Source: Octopus sinensis | Lineage: Eukaryota | Assembly (NCBI RefSeq): GCF_006345805.1 | Contig: NC_042998.1 | Location: forward strand, 61,504,001 to 61,568,000 | Reading direction: 5' to 3' | DNA: 64,000 bases | Shown here: one piece after another, positions 24,636 to 37,289 of the stretch | How the letters are laid out: every line of letters starts with the position of its first letter | Position numbering within the stretch: the first letter of the stretch is position 1 | The notes under the pieces: model-generated | Told to the model about the DNA's origin: nothing | The model's input: the letters and a program-made list of their open reading frames with translations, nothing else | Database searches by the model: none | Program-made: the position numbers and the translations under genes

Positions 24636-27600
24636 ATCGGGTCTGACCCTTAGCTGTATCGTATGTATCAGGGTCAGATTTGCACGAAAGAATTTTTTTC
24701 CCTTTTTTACTAAGGCATATTTCCGTCAGAGTGAGTGTCTGTTTGAAGTAGCGGCCGTGGTGAAATTTGGTTCTCCTTTTCGGAGGACTTATCTTTTGTT
24801 TTAGTATTCCTGGCCCAGGGTGTTTAAACTTGGTCTAAATTTTTTTATGAAATATAGTTCTTTATTTTGGCGTTGTGTGAAGGTTGCGTTGTCACTGAAT
24901 TTATAGAGCGGGTTAGTTGTAAATTTCGGATTTACATTTCCAGCACATCTATCTATGTGTCCGCTGACCGGTATTTTGCGGTAATCAGGGTTTCTAATTT
25001 GTGATTTATGCACCGCCATCCTGTTACGTAAGCTATTTTTTGTATGGCCTATATACTGCCTATTGCAGCCTGCGCATGTTATGACGTAAATTAAGTTTTC
25101 TGATGCGCAGGTGAAGTTTGTTCTAATGGTGAACTGGTGGCCTTGTTCCAGTATAAATTCTGATCCTTCTTTCAAGATGACACAGATTCCGCAGTTGGGC
25201 CTTCCACATTTTCTAACTGCTGGTTTTGTGGTTGATGTTGAGTGCAGTGTAGCTTGGGTTAAAATCCTTTTCAAGGATTTTGGTTGCCGTTTACTTTTAA
25301 TGATGGTGTGTGTTTCGAGGATCCGGTTCATCTTTGGGTCTCCCTTTAGTAGGGCTGTGCTTTGTAGTATGGTGTTGAAGGCCTCATTGTTGAGTGGGTT
25401 GTGTGTAGAGATGTAGGGAAGGGTTTTTAATTGTTCTTTCTTTTTTTGTTTTGTTTGTCTCAGGTCTTCTATACTTAATTTAAGTACCCGTTGGATTGCA
25501 CTGTCTATTAGGGGCTGTGGATAGTTTCTATTTGTGAGTGTGGTTCTAAGTTCCTGGAGACGTGTGTGTCGGGTGTTTGTGTCTGATATTATGGTGCAAA
25601 TCCTTCTAGCTAAACAAAAAGGGACATTCATTCTAGTGTGTCGTGGGTGGCATGAATCAAAGGGTAGGTACTGTTTAGAGTCTGTCGGTTTATAGTAGAT
25701 ATCTGTCTCTATTTTGTTGCCGGTTTTCTTAATGAGGATGTCTAAAAATGGTAATTCTTTTTCGTTGTGGTCCATCGTGAATTGTCATTTATTCCATTTA
25801 ATAGAATTTTAAATTCCTCAAGTTTCTCTATGCCTTTGTCCCAGATGATGAAACAGTCATCGAGGTATCTTTTCCAGTTGTTATGGATATAGGTGACGAA
25901 GGTGTTTCCATATTTCTCGAGTGTCATCCGGTATAGTATTTTCTCGAGGTATCCCATCACTAGGTTGGCAAAAGATGGTGCAGTACGCGTGCCCATCGCT
26001 GTTCCCGATCTTTGCCTGTAGAAATCATTGTCAAAAATAAAATAATTGTTCTCTAAAATGAATCTAAGTCCTTCTATTATAAGGTTTTTGTTTATGCGAG
26101 TTGGGGGTTCAAAGGGGTAGTTATTCAGCCAGAAGGTGATTGCTTCTATTCCTAGGTTGTGAGGGATGTTAGAATAAAGATTAACTACGTCGAATGATAC
26201 TAGAAAGGTTTTCTCATTGACTGTTTTAGGGAGGTGGTTGAGCATATCTATATCGTCTCTTACGTAGCTTTTGATGTGTTTTAGGAAAGGTTTAAGAAGT
26301 GTGTCTAAGAAATTGCTGAGGCGGTGAGTTTCACATGCTGGCCCTGCTATTATCGGTCTTAGTTTAAGATCATTTGGTGAAGGGATTTTGATGAGTGTGT
26401 CGGTGGATGTTTTGCACGTTTCTCTAATGGTTTGGCTTTTGTGTACCTTAGGGATACCATAGAACAAACTCGATTTGCATTTGAAGTTAGTGATGTATTC
26501 ATACTCCTTGTTCGTGAGTCCTTCTTGGTATGTGTTGATTAATGTCCTAAGGTTATGCATTATTTTTTGCTGGTTATACTGTTGGGCCCTTTCATAATAC
26601 GTTTCATCTCTTAATAGGGATAGCACTAAATTTTTATAATTGTTTGTATTCATTATTACTATCGCGTTGCCCTTATCTGCCTCCTTAATTGTTATTGTTT
26701 TGTCTTCTCTTAGTTTGATGAGGTCGTTCCATTCTCTTTTGTTGAAGTTAGGGCTGTGTTTTTGTTTCTTGATGAATTGAAACGGGAAATTAGTTATGTA
26801 GTCACAATAGCGGTCTAAGGCTTTATTCTTACCTTTGGTGGGTGTGTAATTGCTCTTGTTTCTAGCTATTGAGTCCTCCTCTATTTGTTTGTCTTGAAAT
26901 GCCTCGGTGAGTCTTAGTTTTCTGCAAAATTCCGAAATATCATCTTTCATTTCATAATAATTAGAACGTTGTGGGGTGGGTGTAAATTTAAGTCCTTTGG
27001 AGAGTATGCTTATTTCGTTAGGTGTAAGTTCTTTGTTTGAGAGATTGATTATCTTAATTACCTGAGGTTTCTTTTGTTTATCCTTTGCCATCGTGTGTCC
27101 CTGTTCCTGTGTGTGGGGTCTAAAAAATGGTTGGTGTAGTTATGTTCAAAGCTATTATTTATCTGTCTCATGTTGTTATAATTGTCAGAGTGAGTTTGTG
27201 GTGCTCTGTTCTGGAGTCTGTTGTTGAACCTAGTGTTACGTCTTAGTTCCTCAGGTGTATTGTGTTGGTAGTTGTTTCCTCCGTAGTGCATTTGTTGTTT
27301 GTTATGGTTGTATGGTTGGTTCCTGGGGTGGATGTTTGGTAGTAGCGTTTTGGTTTGGTTATGTGGGTTGTATTTTATAGTATTGTATGTTGTGGCTCTT
27401 AGGTTCGTGGAATGGTGTGGTGGGACCCTATAAGTGTTTTGGGGTTGGTGTAGGTAGTGTGGGGTGCGTTTTAAATGCATTTTTCTGGTGTAGAGTGTGT
27501 TTGGATTTCTTGGTGGTTGTTCTGCTCTGTTGGTATGTCTATTTTCGAACTGGTGTGGTGGGCCTCTGTAGGTGTTTTGGGGTTGGTGTAGGTAGTGTGG

Positions 27601-27793
27601 GGTGTGTTTTAGGTGTACTTTTCTGGTGTAGAGTGTGGTAGGATTTCTTGGTGGTTGTTCCGTTCTATTGGTATTTGGTTTTGATTTGCTTAATTTTATG
27701 AAGGGGTTGTTGGATATGTGTTCATTTTTGAAGTTATATGTATGTATATAATATATATATATACATACATACATACATACATACATACATACA

Positions 27794-27825
<32 letters not shown>

Positions 27826-28171
27826 AAATACAAAATAAAGTGAAAATCTACAGATGACTTGTTTATATGGTTAAAGAATATATTTAAATCGTTTTGTTTT
27901 TAAAAGTGCTATAGAATTTTGTGTATAGTAACATTGTTTTTGGAGAAATAACAGTTTCGAATTTTCTTCTCAAGTTTCTTGAAGTTTTTTTATCGATACT
28001 ATGTCATCTCTTCGCTATGATTTGAAGTATGAGAGCTTTAGACAGGGGAAGGTAATCAGGGATTTTTTCGGTATAAGAGAGTTAATTATAAATATTGGGA
28101 ATGACTAGGTTTTATTAATTTAACATGATTTGGTTTAGAAAGAATAGAATGTTAGAAGTGGTTAGGTTTTG

Positions 28172-28229
<58 letters not shown>

Positions 28230-28519
28230 TAATGAGGTAAGTTTCCTCATTTAAAAATGCTAGGTTAATTTTGGGCTTATATTATAAGTAGGTTTCCTTA
28301 TTTAATCTAACTTATGTTGGTGTTCCAATGGCACATTGATAAAATGGAAAGATTAGAAATTGTGGCAGTAGTTACTTTGCTCATTTCTCAATGTGTTTAC
28401 TAAAGGGTATCACCTGTATTTTGGGAATGCAATCTGCTGTAGATGCAGAGGGCATCTGCATCTGAGCGATAATCCCGTGGACCCTATGTAGTTTTGGTGG
28501 CAGCCCGAGCATCCAGGGG

Positions 28520-28890
28520 ACCTAAAATTACGATCCATTATAGCTGAAATTCAGTTCTGGCTGAACCAATATCCAGAAGAAATACCGGAAAGAATCAGCA
28601 AAGAATTCATAATTGAATCCGTTGAATTCATCCCATGAAACAACCACTTTCTGTTTGACAAGATGTTTTATCAACAAAAATCCGGGACTGCCATGGGTAC
28701 TAGGGTAGCCCCGGTCATTGCGAACCTAACAATGAGCTATCTGGAAATAATAATATACCAAGAATCTTTATCTACATTTGGAAACCCTCTTTCCCAATAC
28801 ATAAAAGAAAATTGGAAAAGATTTCTAGATGATTGTTTCAACCTCTGGAATGAAAACACAATTTCCTGAGATTCAAAAGACTATTGAATA
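28520..28890 (+). mobile_element. Internally deleted Neptune PLE RT fragment
   Basis: LKLRSIIA / IQFWLNQYP / YQQKSGTAMGTRVAPVIANL / WKRFLDDCF. Confidence 0.8.
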
Positions 28891-29634
28891 TTTTTGTTTA
28901 AATTTGTAAAGTATTTCAGGAACTTTGAGATAAAGTTCCTGCTTAGAAACATAGCCATGGCATCCCAAAAAATATCAACATCTTTATTATGGTATTTAGG
29001 AAGAAATAAGAGGGAAATCATGCCAGGGGTCAATACTGCAGTCCTTAACAAAAAAGGTTAAAAGGAACCCTCAAAACCTCAGTCTACCAACCAATAACCT
29101 AAGTTACAGTTGTCCCATTGTGTCAAGGTTACACAAAATATCAGCAAAGGAGTCACATCACCATCATTATCATCATTTAACATCTGTCTCCCATGCTGGC
29201 ATGGGTTGGACAGTTTGAGAGGAGCAGTTAAGCCAGTGGACTGTGTCAAGTTTGAGTCTGTTTTGGAATGGTTTCTACATCTGGATGCCCTTCCTAATGC
29301 CAAACACTTTACAGGGTGTACTGGATGCTTTTCATGGAGCACCAACATTGGAGAGGTCTGTTTTGGCATAGACATGGACAAAAGGTGGTGCTACAGGATC
29401 AAAGTAGATTAAATCATTGTATAAGAAGAAATAAGATGTTTTCAAATATTTTAAATATTTATTTATTTAAAAAAAACAGCCATATATAAGTACATGTTTG
29501 GTAAAGTTTTAGTAATATCAGGATCAGTCTTTGTTAATTACATTATAATTCGGTCTTGTTTCTTGACATTTCATGACCCACTTTTCCTACAAATCTCATC
29601 CACTTATAAAACAGGACCCACACATATGTATACA

Positions 29635-30010
29635 TTCTTTTATTTATTTCAGTCATTTGACTGCGGCCATGCTGGAGCACCACCTTTACTCGAGAAAATC
29701 GACCCTAGGACTTATTCTTTGTAAGCCTAGAACTTATTCTATCGGTCCCTTTTGCCAAACCGCTAAGTTACGGGCATGTGAACATGCCAGCATCGGTTGT
29801 CAGGTGATGTTAGGGACAAACGCACACACACACACATATATATATATATACGATGGGCTTCTTTTAATTTCTGTCTACTAAATACACTCACAAGGATTTG
29901 GGCGGACCCGAGGCTACAGTAGAAGACAGTTGCCCAAGGTGCCACACAGTGGGACTGAACCCAGAACCATGTAGTTGGTAAGCAAGCTACTTACCACACA
30001 GCTACTCCTG
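29635..30010 (-). mobile_element. tRNA-derived CORE-type SINE
   Basis: Minus strand CAGGAGTAGCTGTGTGGTAAG...GGTTCAGTCCCACTG..TGGCACCTTGGGCAA; same family at 36845-37160, 42165-42340, 49898-50297. Confidence 0.8.
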
Positions 30011-30535
30011 CACCTATATGTACACACACATGTATATATGTACACACACACACTTACATACATATATGTGTGTGTGCAATCATTAATCCAGACACATTTT
30101 CTTCTCTCCGTTTTTTACTTCATTCCTTTCTGTTCCTTGTTTGTTCTTTTCTTGGCTGTCTTTGTTTGTACAATTTTCAACTATACATTTACACACACTA
30201 ATACTTTTCCCTCAATGAGATATTCCTCTTAACATGATAAGGCCTTTGTGGACAGTTCTTTTTTATCAATGCTTACTGGTTACACTGAGTATTGGTCTAC
30301 ATGTGTACTTCATATGCATAACATGCTGCATGTATTTATATGTGTTTGTGTGCATGTATATTAGTAAAATTAAAATATTAGTGTATATTAGTAAAATTAC
30401 AGTACAGTGAAAAAAAGGTATAGTGAAGCTGCCATGAAGAGTGGAAGATCCAACATTTCAAATAGACTCTTCCAGAGAATAGTTGCCAAGAAAGAAATTA
30501 ATAAGGGACAACAGCTTTACATCCTCTGCCATGTC

Positions 30536-31925
30536 GAGTATGCACACTGACATTACACATCCATCAGAGCATACTGGCTTCATTCCTCGCGAGTTTACGC
30601 ATGTCCTCAGCAGTCACAGCCCATGTTTCACTGCCATGTAGCATGGCTGTTCGTACACATGCATCATACAGTCTGACTTTTACTCTGAGCGAGAGGCCTT
30701 TAGTCACCAGCAGAGGTAAGAGCTCTCTAAACTTAGCCCAGGCTATTCTTACTCTAGCAGTTACACTTTCAGTACACCCACCCCCACTACTGACTTGGTA
30801 ACCTAGATAACGGAAGCTATCAACTACTTCTAGTTTTTTCTCCTGGAAAGTGACGGAAGTTGTTTTCTGCAGATTTTCAGTGTTTATTGCTCCTGAGCAT
30901 CTGCCAAATACAAAAACTATCTTCCCAGTTAGCCTTCCTTTAACATTGCTGCACCTCTTATGTGTCCATAGCTTACACTGGGTACATCTTATAGAGTTTC
31001 TACCTACACCTTTCCTACAGATCGAGCAGGGCCATCTACTTGAAGGCATTTGTGGTTTATCTACCTTCCTACTTATTAGGACTTTGGTTTTAGCTAGGTT
31101 GACTCTAAGGCCCCTCAATTCTAATCCTTGCTTCCACACCTGAAACTTCTTCTCCAGTTCTGATAGTGACTCAGCAATTAGAGCAAGGTCATCAGCATAG
31201 AGGAGCTCCCAGGGGCATCCTGTCTTGAATTCCTCCGTAATTGCCTGGAGGACTATGATAAATAGGAGGGGGCTGAGGACTGAACCCTGGTGGACCCCAA
31301 CCTCTACCTTGAATTCTTCAGTGTACACGTTGCCAACCCTAACCTTACTTACAGCATCCCTGTACATGGCTTGCACAGCTCTCACCAGCCATTCATCTAT
31401 CCCTAGTTTCCTCATTGACCACCAGATAAGGGATCGGGGGGACCCTGTCGAAGGCTTTCTCCATGTCAACGAAAGCCAGGTACAGGGGCTTATCTTTGGC
31501 TAGGTATTTCTCCTGCAGAAATATGGCATCAGTGGTTCTTTTCCCTGGCACAAAACCAAACTGCATCTCATCCAAGTTGACTCTCTCCCTAATCAGTTGG
31601 GCTATGACCCTCTCCGTAACCTTCATTACCTGATCCAACAGCTTGATACCTCTGTAACTATTTGTATCTAGGGCGTCACCTTTACCTTTGTAGCAGTTGA
31701 CTATTATGCTGCTACACCAGTCATTGGGTATGACTCCTTCGTGTATCACCTGGTTAACTATAAAGGCGACTAGGCTATAGCCGACACTGCCAGATATTTT
31801 GAGCATCTCTGCAGTAATTCCTGATGGGCCTGGGGCTTTCCCTATCTTCATGCTTCTAATTGCCTTAACTACCAAAGAACTGTCAACTCGGATAGCTGGT
31901 CCCTCTGTTGGGTTGACATTCGGCA
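30536..31925 (-). mobile_element. RTE-clade LINE fragment (RT)
   Basis: KAPGPSGI, YRGIKLL, FGFVPG, FVDMEKAFDRVP, VHQGSVLSP, LLYADD, FRYLG. Confidence 0.9.
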
Positions 31926-32799
31926 GGCTCTCTTTATCCCATATACTTATATATACATATATATATATATATATAATACACACACGATATGCATATATGA
32001 CTGTGAAAAACCATAAACCATTTATTAAGAAAATTAGTTATCAATATTTTCACTAACATATTTCCTATAGAATCATGAAACTAATTCCTTCCAAGTGTTT
32101 TCCTCAGGAGAATATTCTTCTATCATAATATTTCTGTTGGAATATTGAAACCTTTACATCACACCTATTTATTAAATCAAAACAAATTTTAAATTTAATT
32201 TTTAGAAAAATTCAATTTTAATTTTAGAAAGAATTCAATTTTAAGTTTAGAAAATCTAACACAAGTATAATCAGTCCATGCCATGACAGCCGGCTTAATT
32301 TTCAAGATGAAATATTAAAAGATCTTTCAACAACTCGTAAGATTGTAGCAATAAACATGACCAAATAATTAAGTTTCCTGTTCTGTCTTTCCTGTGTATC
32401 AAGTAAGTCTTATCTCCAAACAAACAAGTTTTCCATCTGATGTTCTGCTAGACGTGTTCCAGTAAACTCAGATAATCTGAAAGGATCTGTGATTCTTCTA
32501 TAAGTAAGAAATCAAGGTAATCTTCAGAATCTCTGGGTAGAATTTTCCTGAAATTATCCAACACCTCCTTCTCTTTCATGTCTTGTTCTTGAGTATTTTC
32601 TGTCAAAATAGAAAGGATTATAAATGTAAAATGCCAGTTATCATTTTATCTTTTACTTGTTTCAGTCATTGGATTGCAGCCATGCTGGAGCACTACCTTG
32701 AAGGATTTAATCAAATAAATTAACCCCAGGACATATTTTCTTTTTAATCTGATGCATATTCTATCAGTCGATTTTGGCGAACCATTAAGGGGATGTAAA

Positions 32800-34200
32800 T
32801 AAAACTGGGACAGACCCAAAGGGAGGCCTGAGGGACACATGTCTCCCTCAAGAAAAGAAGTGCGCCCTTTTAAATAATATTATAAGTCTGTTCACCGAAG
32901 TCCCAACTGGTGAAGCACTATCAATGATTCAAGAAAAACTAAGGACAGACATCCATATAAAAGAACGCACTAGTATGCCAATAAGAAACCTGATGAAAAT
33001 GTTGACTTTCTGTGCAGAAACTACCTATAGATAGATATACCTACAGTATAGATAGATATCGACATGAAGAGAGTTTAGCTATGGGTTCACCATTATCACC
33101 AATAATAGCCAATATATACATGGAATACTTTAAGAATTTGGCTTTAGGATCAACACCACTAAAACCAACACTATGGCTGCTATATGTTGATGACACCTTC
33201 ATACTCTGGCCCCATCAGGAAGATGTCCAAGTGTTGTTAGATCATGTGAACTCAATAAAGCCATCCATACAGTTCACAATGGAAAAAGAAAAAGACAATC
33301 AGCTAGCATTCCTGGACGTGTTAATAACACACACCAGGTATGGATTCAGCACATCCGTATACTGCAAGCCGACCTTTGCTAGACGATCCTTCAACTTCAG
33401 CTCCCAACATCCATACAGTGTAAAGAGAGGGATTGCTCAGTGCCTAAAACCTCGAGCAATGAATATAAGTAGCAATCAAGCTCAGTAACAATCTATTAAG
33501 CAACAACTACCCCAAAATCACTCTCCACTCCAATCATGAAGAAAAGAGAGGATGAAACTGATAAACTAATCACAGTCTGTCTACCCTATGTGAAAGGCCT
33601 CTCTGAAAAGATACAAAAGATATGCGGCCTATATGACATCAGGGCAGTATTCAAAAGTAACATAACACTTTGCAAATATCTCCTTCAAGTAAAACCACCA
33701 ATAGAAGAGAATATGACTAAGAACTGCATGTACTCCATCCCATACAGCTGTGGTAGGTAATACAAAGGCAAGATATGCTGCCACCCCAAAATAAGGGTAG
33801 AAGAACATCGCAAAGTTGTGACATGGGGAGATATTGATTAATCGGGTATAGCTGATCAAGTATGGAAAAATGGAGACCACTTTCCCTGTGGGATGAAGTT
33901 AAAATAATAGACAGAGAACACCACTGAGAAATACGAAAACTAAAAGAAGCAGCACATATGCTAGGACACAACAACCTCCGAAGCAGACTGAGTGCAGTTA
34001 GGAACAGCATATGGAAAGTGGTATTAAGGAAGGATAGGAGAATATTAGATTTATAAGCCTTTGGTAATAACAACACCAACATCAAAAAATACCTTTTCCC
34101 AAGACACCTGATGAAGACTGGAGGGCATATCAGCCGAAACATTGTGTTAACAACAAACAAGATGAGGACAAATATCCATCAATTGTAAATTCCTCATCTC
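32800..34200 (+). mobile_element. Poseidon/Penelope-type PLE, 5'-truncated, decayed
   Basis: AMGSPLSPIIANIYME, YVDD, LAFLDV, HPYSVKRG, KNCMYSIP.SCG GIY-YIG remnant; hammerhead at the 3' end. Confidence 0.88.
34103..34148 (+). ncRNA. Minimal type-I hammerhead at Poseidon PLE 3' end
   Basis: GACAC-CTGATGA-AGACTG..CAGCC-GAAAC-ATT-GTGTT; stem III probably CpG-decayed from AACGTT. Confidence 0.7.
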
Positions 34201-34337
34201 TTAAATATAGAACTGGAATATATATATACATATTGATACAAATGGTAAGACAACAAAAGAAAGAAAGAGACCTCGATATTATGTAAATAGAGGAATTTGT
34301 CTGTAAATGTAATATGTGACAATTATTCGGTAGCCAT

Positions 34338-34398
34338 GATAAAACTCCAAGTTTCAGATGTCAGACTGGAAATCCACGCCGCCCTCTCTTCAGTTATC
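34338..34398 (-). ncRNA. Type-I hammerhead motif
   Basis: GATAA-CTGAAGA-...-GAAAC-TTGGA-GT-T-TTATC; perfect 5-bp stem I, imperfect stem II. Confidence 0.55.
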
Positions 34399-34437
34399 CA
34401 GCCATCGGAAAAAATGCTATATATATATATATATATA

Positions 34438-36067
34438 TTTATCATAGTCCTCCAGGCAATAACGGAGGAATTCAAGACAGGATGCCCTTGGGAGCTCCTC
34501 TATGCTGATGACCTTGCTCTAATTGCTGAGTCGCTATCAGAACTGGAGGAGAAGTTTCAGGTGTGGAAACAAGGATTAGAATCGAAGGGCCTCAGAGTCA
34601 ATCTAGCTAAAACCAAAGTCGTAATCAGTAGGAAGGTAGACAAATCACAAACACCTTCAGGTAGATGGCCCTGCTCGATCTGTAGAAAAGGTGTAGGTAG
34701 AAACTCTATAAGATGCACCAAGTGTAAGCTATGGACACATAAGAGATGCAGCAATGTCAAAGGAAGGCTAACTAGGAAGATGGTTTTTGTATGTGGCAGA
34801 TGCTCAGGAACAATAAACACTGAAAATGCTCTGAGACCAACTTCCGTCACTTTCCAGGGAGAAAAACTAGAAATAGTTGATAGTTTCCGTTACCTAGGTG
34901 ACCAAGTCAGCAGCGGGGGCGGGTGTGCTGAAAGTGTAACTGCTAGAGTAAGAATAGCTTGGGCAAAGTTCAGAGAGCTCTTACCGCTGCTGGTGACAAA
35001 AGGCCTCTCGCACAGAGTGAAGGCAGACTGTATGATGCGTGTGTACGAACAGCCATGCTACATGGCAGTGAAACATGGGCCGTGACTGCTGAGGATATGC
35101 GTAAGCTCGCTAGAAATGAAGCCAGTATGCTCCGATGGATGTGTAATGCCGGTACTCACACTCGGCAGAGTGTAAGTACCTTGAGAGAAAAGCTGGACCT
35201 AAGAAGCATCAGTTGTGGTGTGCAAGAGAGACGTTTGCGCTGGTATGGTCATGTGGCGAGAATGGATGAAGATAGTTGTGTGAAAAAGTGCCACACCCTA
35301 GCGGTTGAGGGAACCTGTGGAAGAGGCAGACCCAGGAAAACCTGGGACGAGGTGGTGAAGCACGACCTTCAAACTTTAGGTCTCACTGAGGAAATGACTA
35401 GAGACCGAGACCTCTGGAAGTGTGCTGTGCGCGAGAAGACCCGGCAGGACAAGTGAGTCCATAACCCGTGGCCTTCTACATGGGATGGAGCCAGCCTACG
35501 TATGCATACCTTCCCTTCTTGGGACACAAAACTCTACTTGTGAAGACGTGATGAGGCAAGTGAGGATCAGAATCGAAATCGATCAATGGAAATTGCGGAT
35601 GTGCTACCAGTGCCGGTGGCATGTCAAAACTCTGCTTGTGAAGACCCGTTGAGGCAAGTGACGATCAGAATCGAAATCGATCAATGGAAATCGATCAATG
35701 GAAATTGCAGATGTGTTACCAGTGCCGGTGGCATGTAAGAGAACTTTCCGTTTCGCGACCGTTGCCAGCACCGCCCCGTTTCGTGTCCGTTGCCAGCCTC
35801 GCCTGGCCCTCGTGCCGGTGGCACATAAAAAGCACCATCCGTTCGTGGCCGTTTGCCAGCTCTGTCTGGCACCAGTGCGGGTGGCACGTAAAAAGCACCC
35901 ACTACACTCACGGAGTGGTTGGCGTTAGGAAGGGCATCCAGCCGTAGAAACACTGCCAGATTTGACTGGGCCTGATGAAGCCTTCTGGCTTCACAGACCC
36001 CAGTAGAACCGTCCAACCCATGCTAGCATGGAAAACGGACGCTAAACGATGATGATGATGATGATGA
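34438..36067 (+). mobile_element. 5'-truncated RTE LINE with complete 3' UTR and (GAT)n tail
   Basis: LLYADD, FRYLGD, RLRWYGHVARM, GRGRPRKTW; ends GCTAAAC(GAT)n. Confidence 0.92.
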
Positions 36068-36072
36068 TATAT

Positions 36073-37220
36073 ATACGGCTTTGTAAGTTACTGAGAAAAA
36101 GCTACTATGGAAGGCTTATAGTATAATAACTGTATAACATATAATAATATTTTATTCCCTGGTTTGAAGCAACAATTTATAAATACAAACAAATAACTTA
36201 AAAATGTTGAGCTAACCCCACACAGAATCAAACCCACAAATCAACACTAACATCCAATTGGCCAAATGCTCATTCATCAATTTCAGCCAAATTTAGTTAA
36301 TATATACTTAAAGAGAGAATAAAATATTGCTACGGTATGTTATTATACGGTTACCGGTATACTATGAACCTTCCATTGTAGCTTTCTCTCCATAACTTAC
36401 AAAGCCTTCTGCGTTGCTTTACAAATATTATATGTAGTATGTCTTTCCATTCTGACTTCAAATTCCATCGAGGTCGACTTTATCTTCCATCCTTTTGGAG
36501 TTGATAAATTAAATACCTGTTGCGTATTGGGTTGATCTAATTGACTGCCCCCACCAAAAAACAATTTCAGGCCTTGTGCTTAGCATAGAAAAGGTTATAT
36601 ATAGTACATGTTAGACGGTATATATTAACTAAATTTGGCTGAAATTGATAGGTGAGTGTTTGGCTAATCAGATACACAAGAATCCGTATTGTCGTCAATT
36701 TGTAGGTTCGTTTCTAGCTGGGGTTAATTCATTATTATCCAGTCATTTGTTGGTATTTATAAATTGTCACTTCAAAACAGAGAATAAAATGTTATTATAC
36801 AGTTGTATATATATATATATATATATATATATGAAGATATATACTCTTTTACTTGTTTCAGTCCTTTGACTGCGGCCATGCTGAAACACCGTCTTTAGTC
36901 AAGCAAATCGACCCCGGGACTTATCTATCGGTCTCTTTGCCGAACCACTAAGTGACGTAAACACACCAGCATCAGTTGTCAAGCAATGCTAAAGGGACAA
37001 ACATAGACACACAAACATGCACTCACATATATATATGCATATATACGACAGGCTTCTTTCAGTTTCTGTCTACCAAATCCACTCACAAGGCTTTGGTCGG
37101 CCCGAGGCTATAGTAGAAGACACTTGCCCAAGATGCCACGCAGTGGGACTGAACCCGGAACCAGATATATATATATACATATATATATACATACATACAT
37201 ATATATAAATAATTTATATC

Positions 37221-37289
<69 letters not shown>

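Larger units (their letters stand above)
23825..27745 (-). mobile_element. Near full-length Neptune-type Penelope-like element (RT + GIY-YIG + 3' pLTR), two frameshifts
   Basis: IINLSNKELT...SKGLKF, LRPIIAG, SFDVVNLY, GTAMG, RYLDD, LPFLD, CGRPNCGIC, NLIYVITC..C...YIGHT; frameshifts near 27090 and 25770; flanked by (TA)n/(TATG)n on both sides. Confidence 0.93.

Noticed and set aside
27058-27100. CAG/GTAATT as an intron donor explaining the PLE N-terminal frameshift
   Set aside because: The conserved IINLS..KGLKF motif follows immediately, so the sequence downstream is coding; a simple frameshift is more likely
35965-36000. CTGATGA in RTE tails and SINEs (also 12510, 40755)
   Set aside because: No GAAA/UH strands or stems at the required positions
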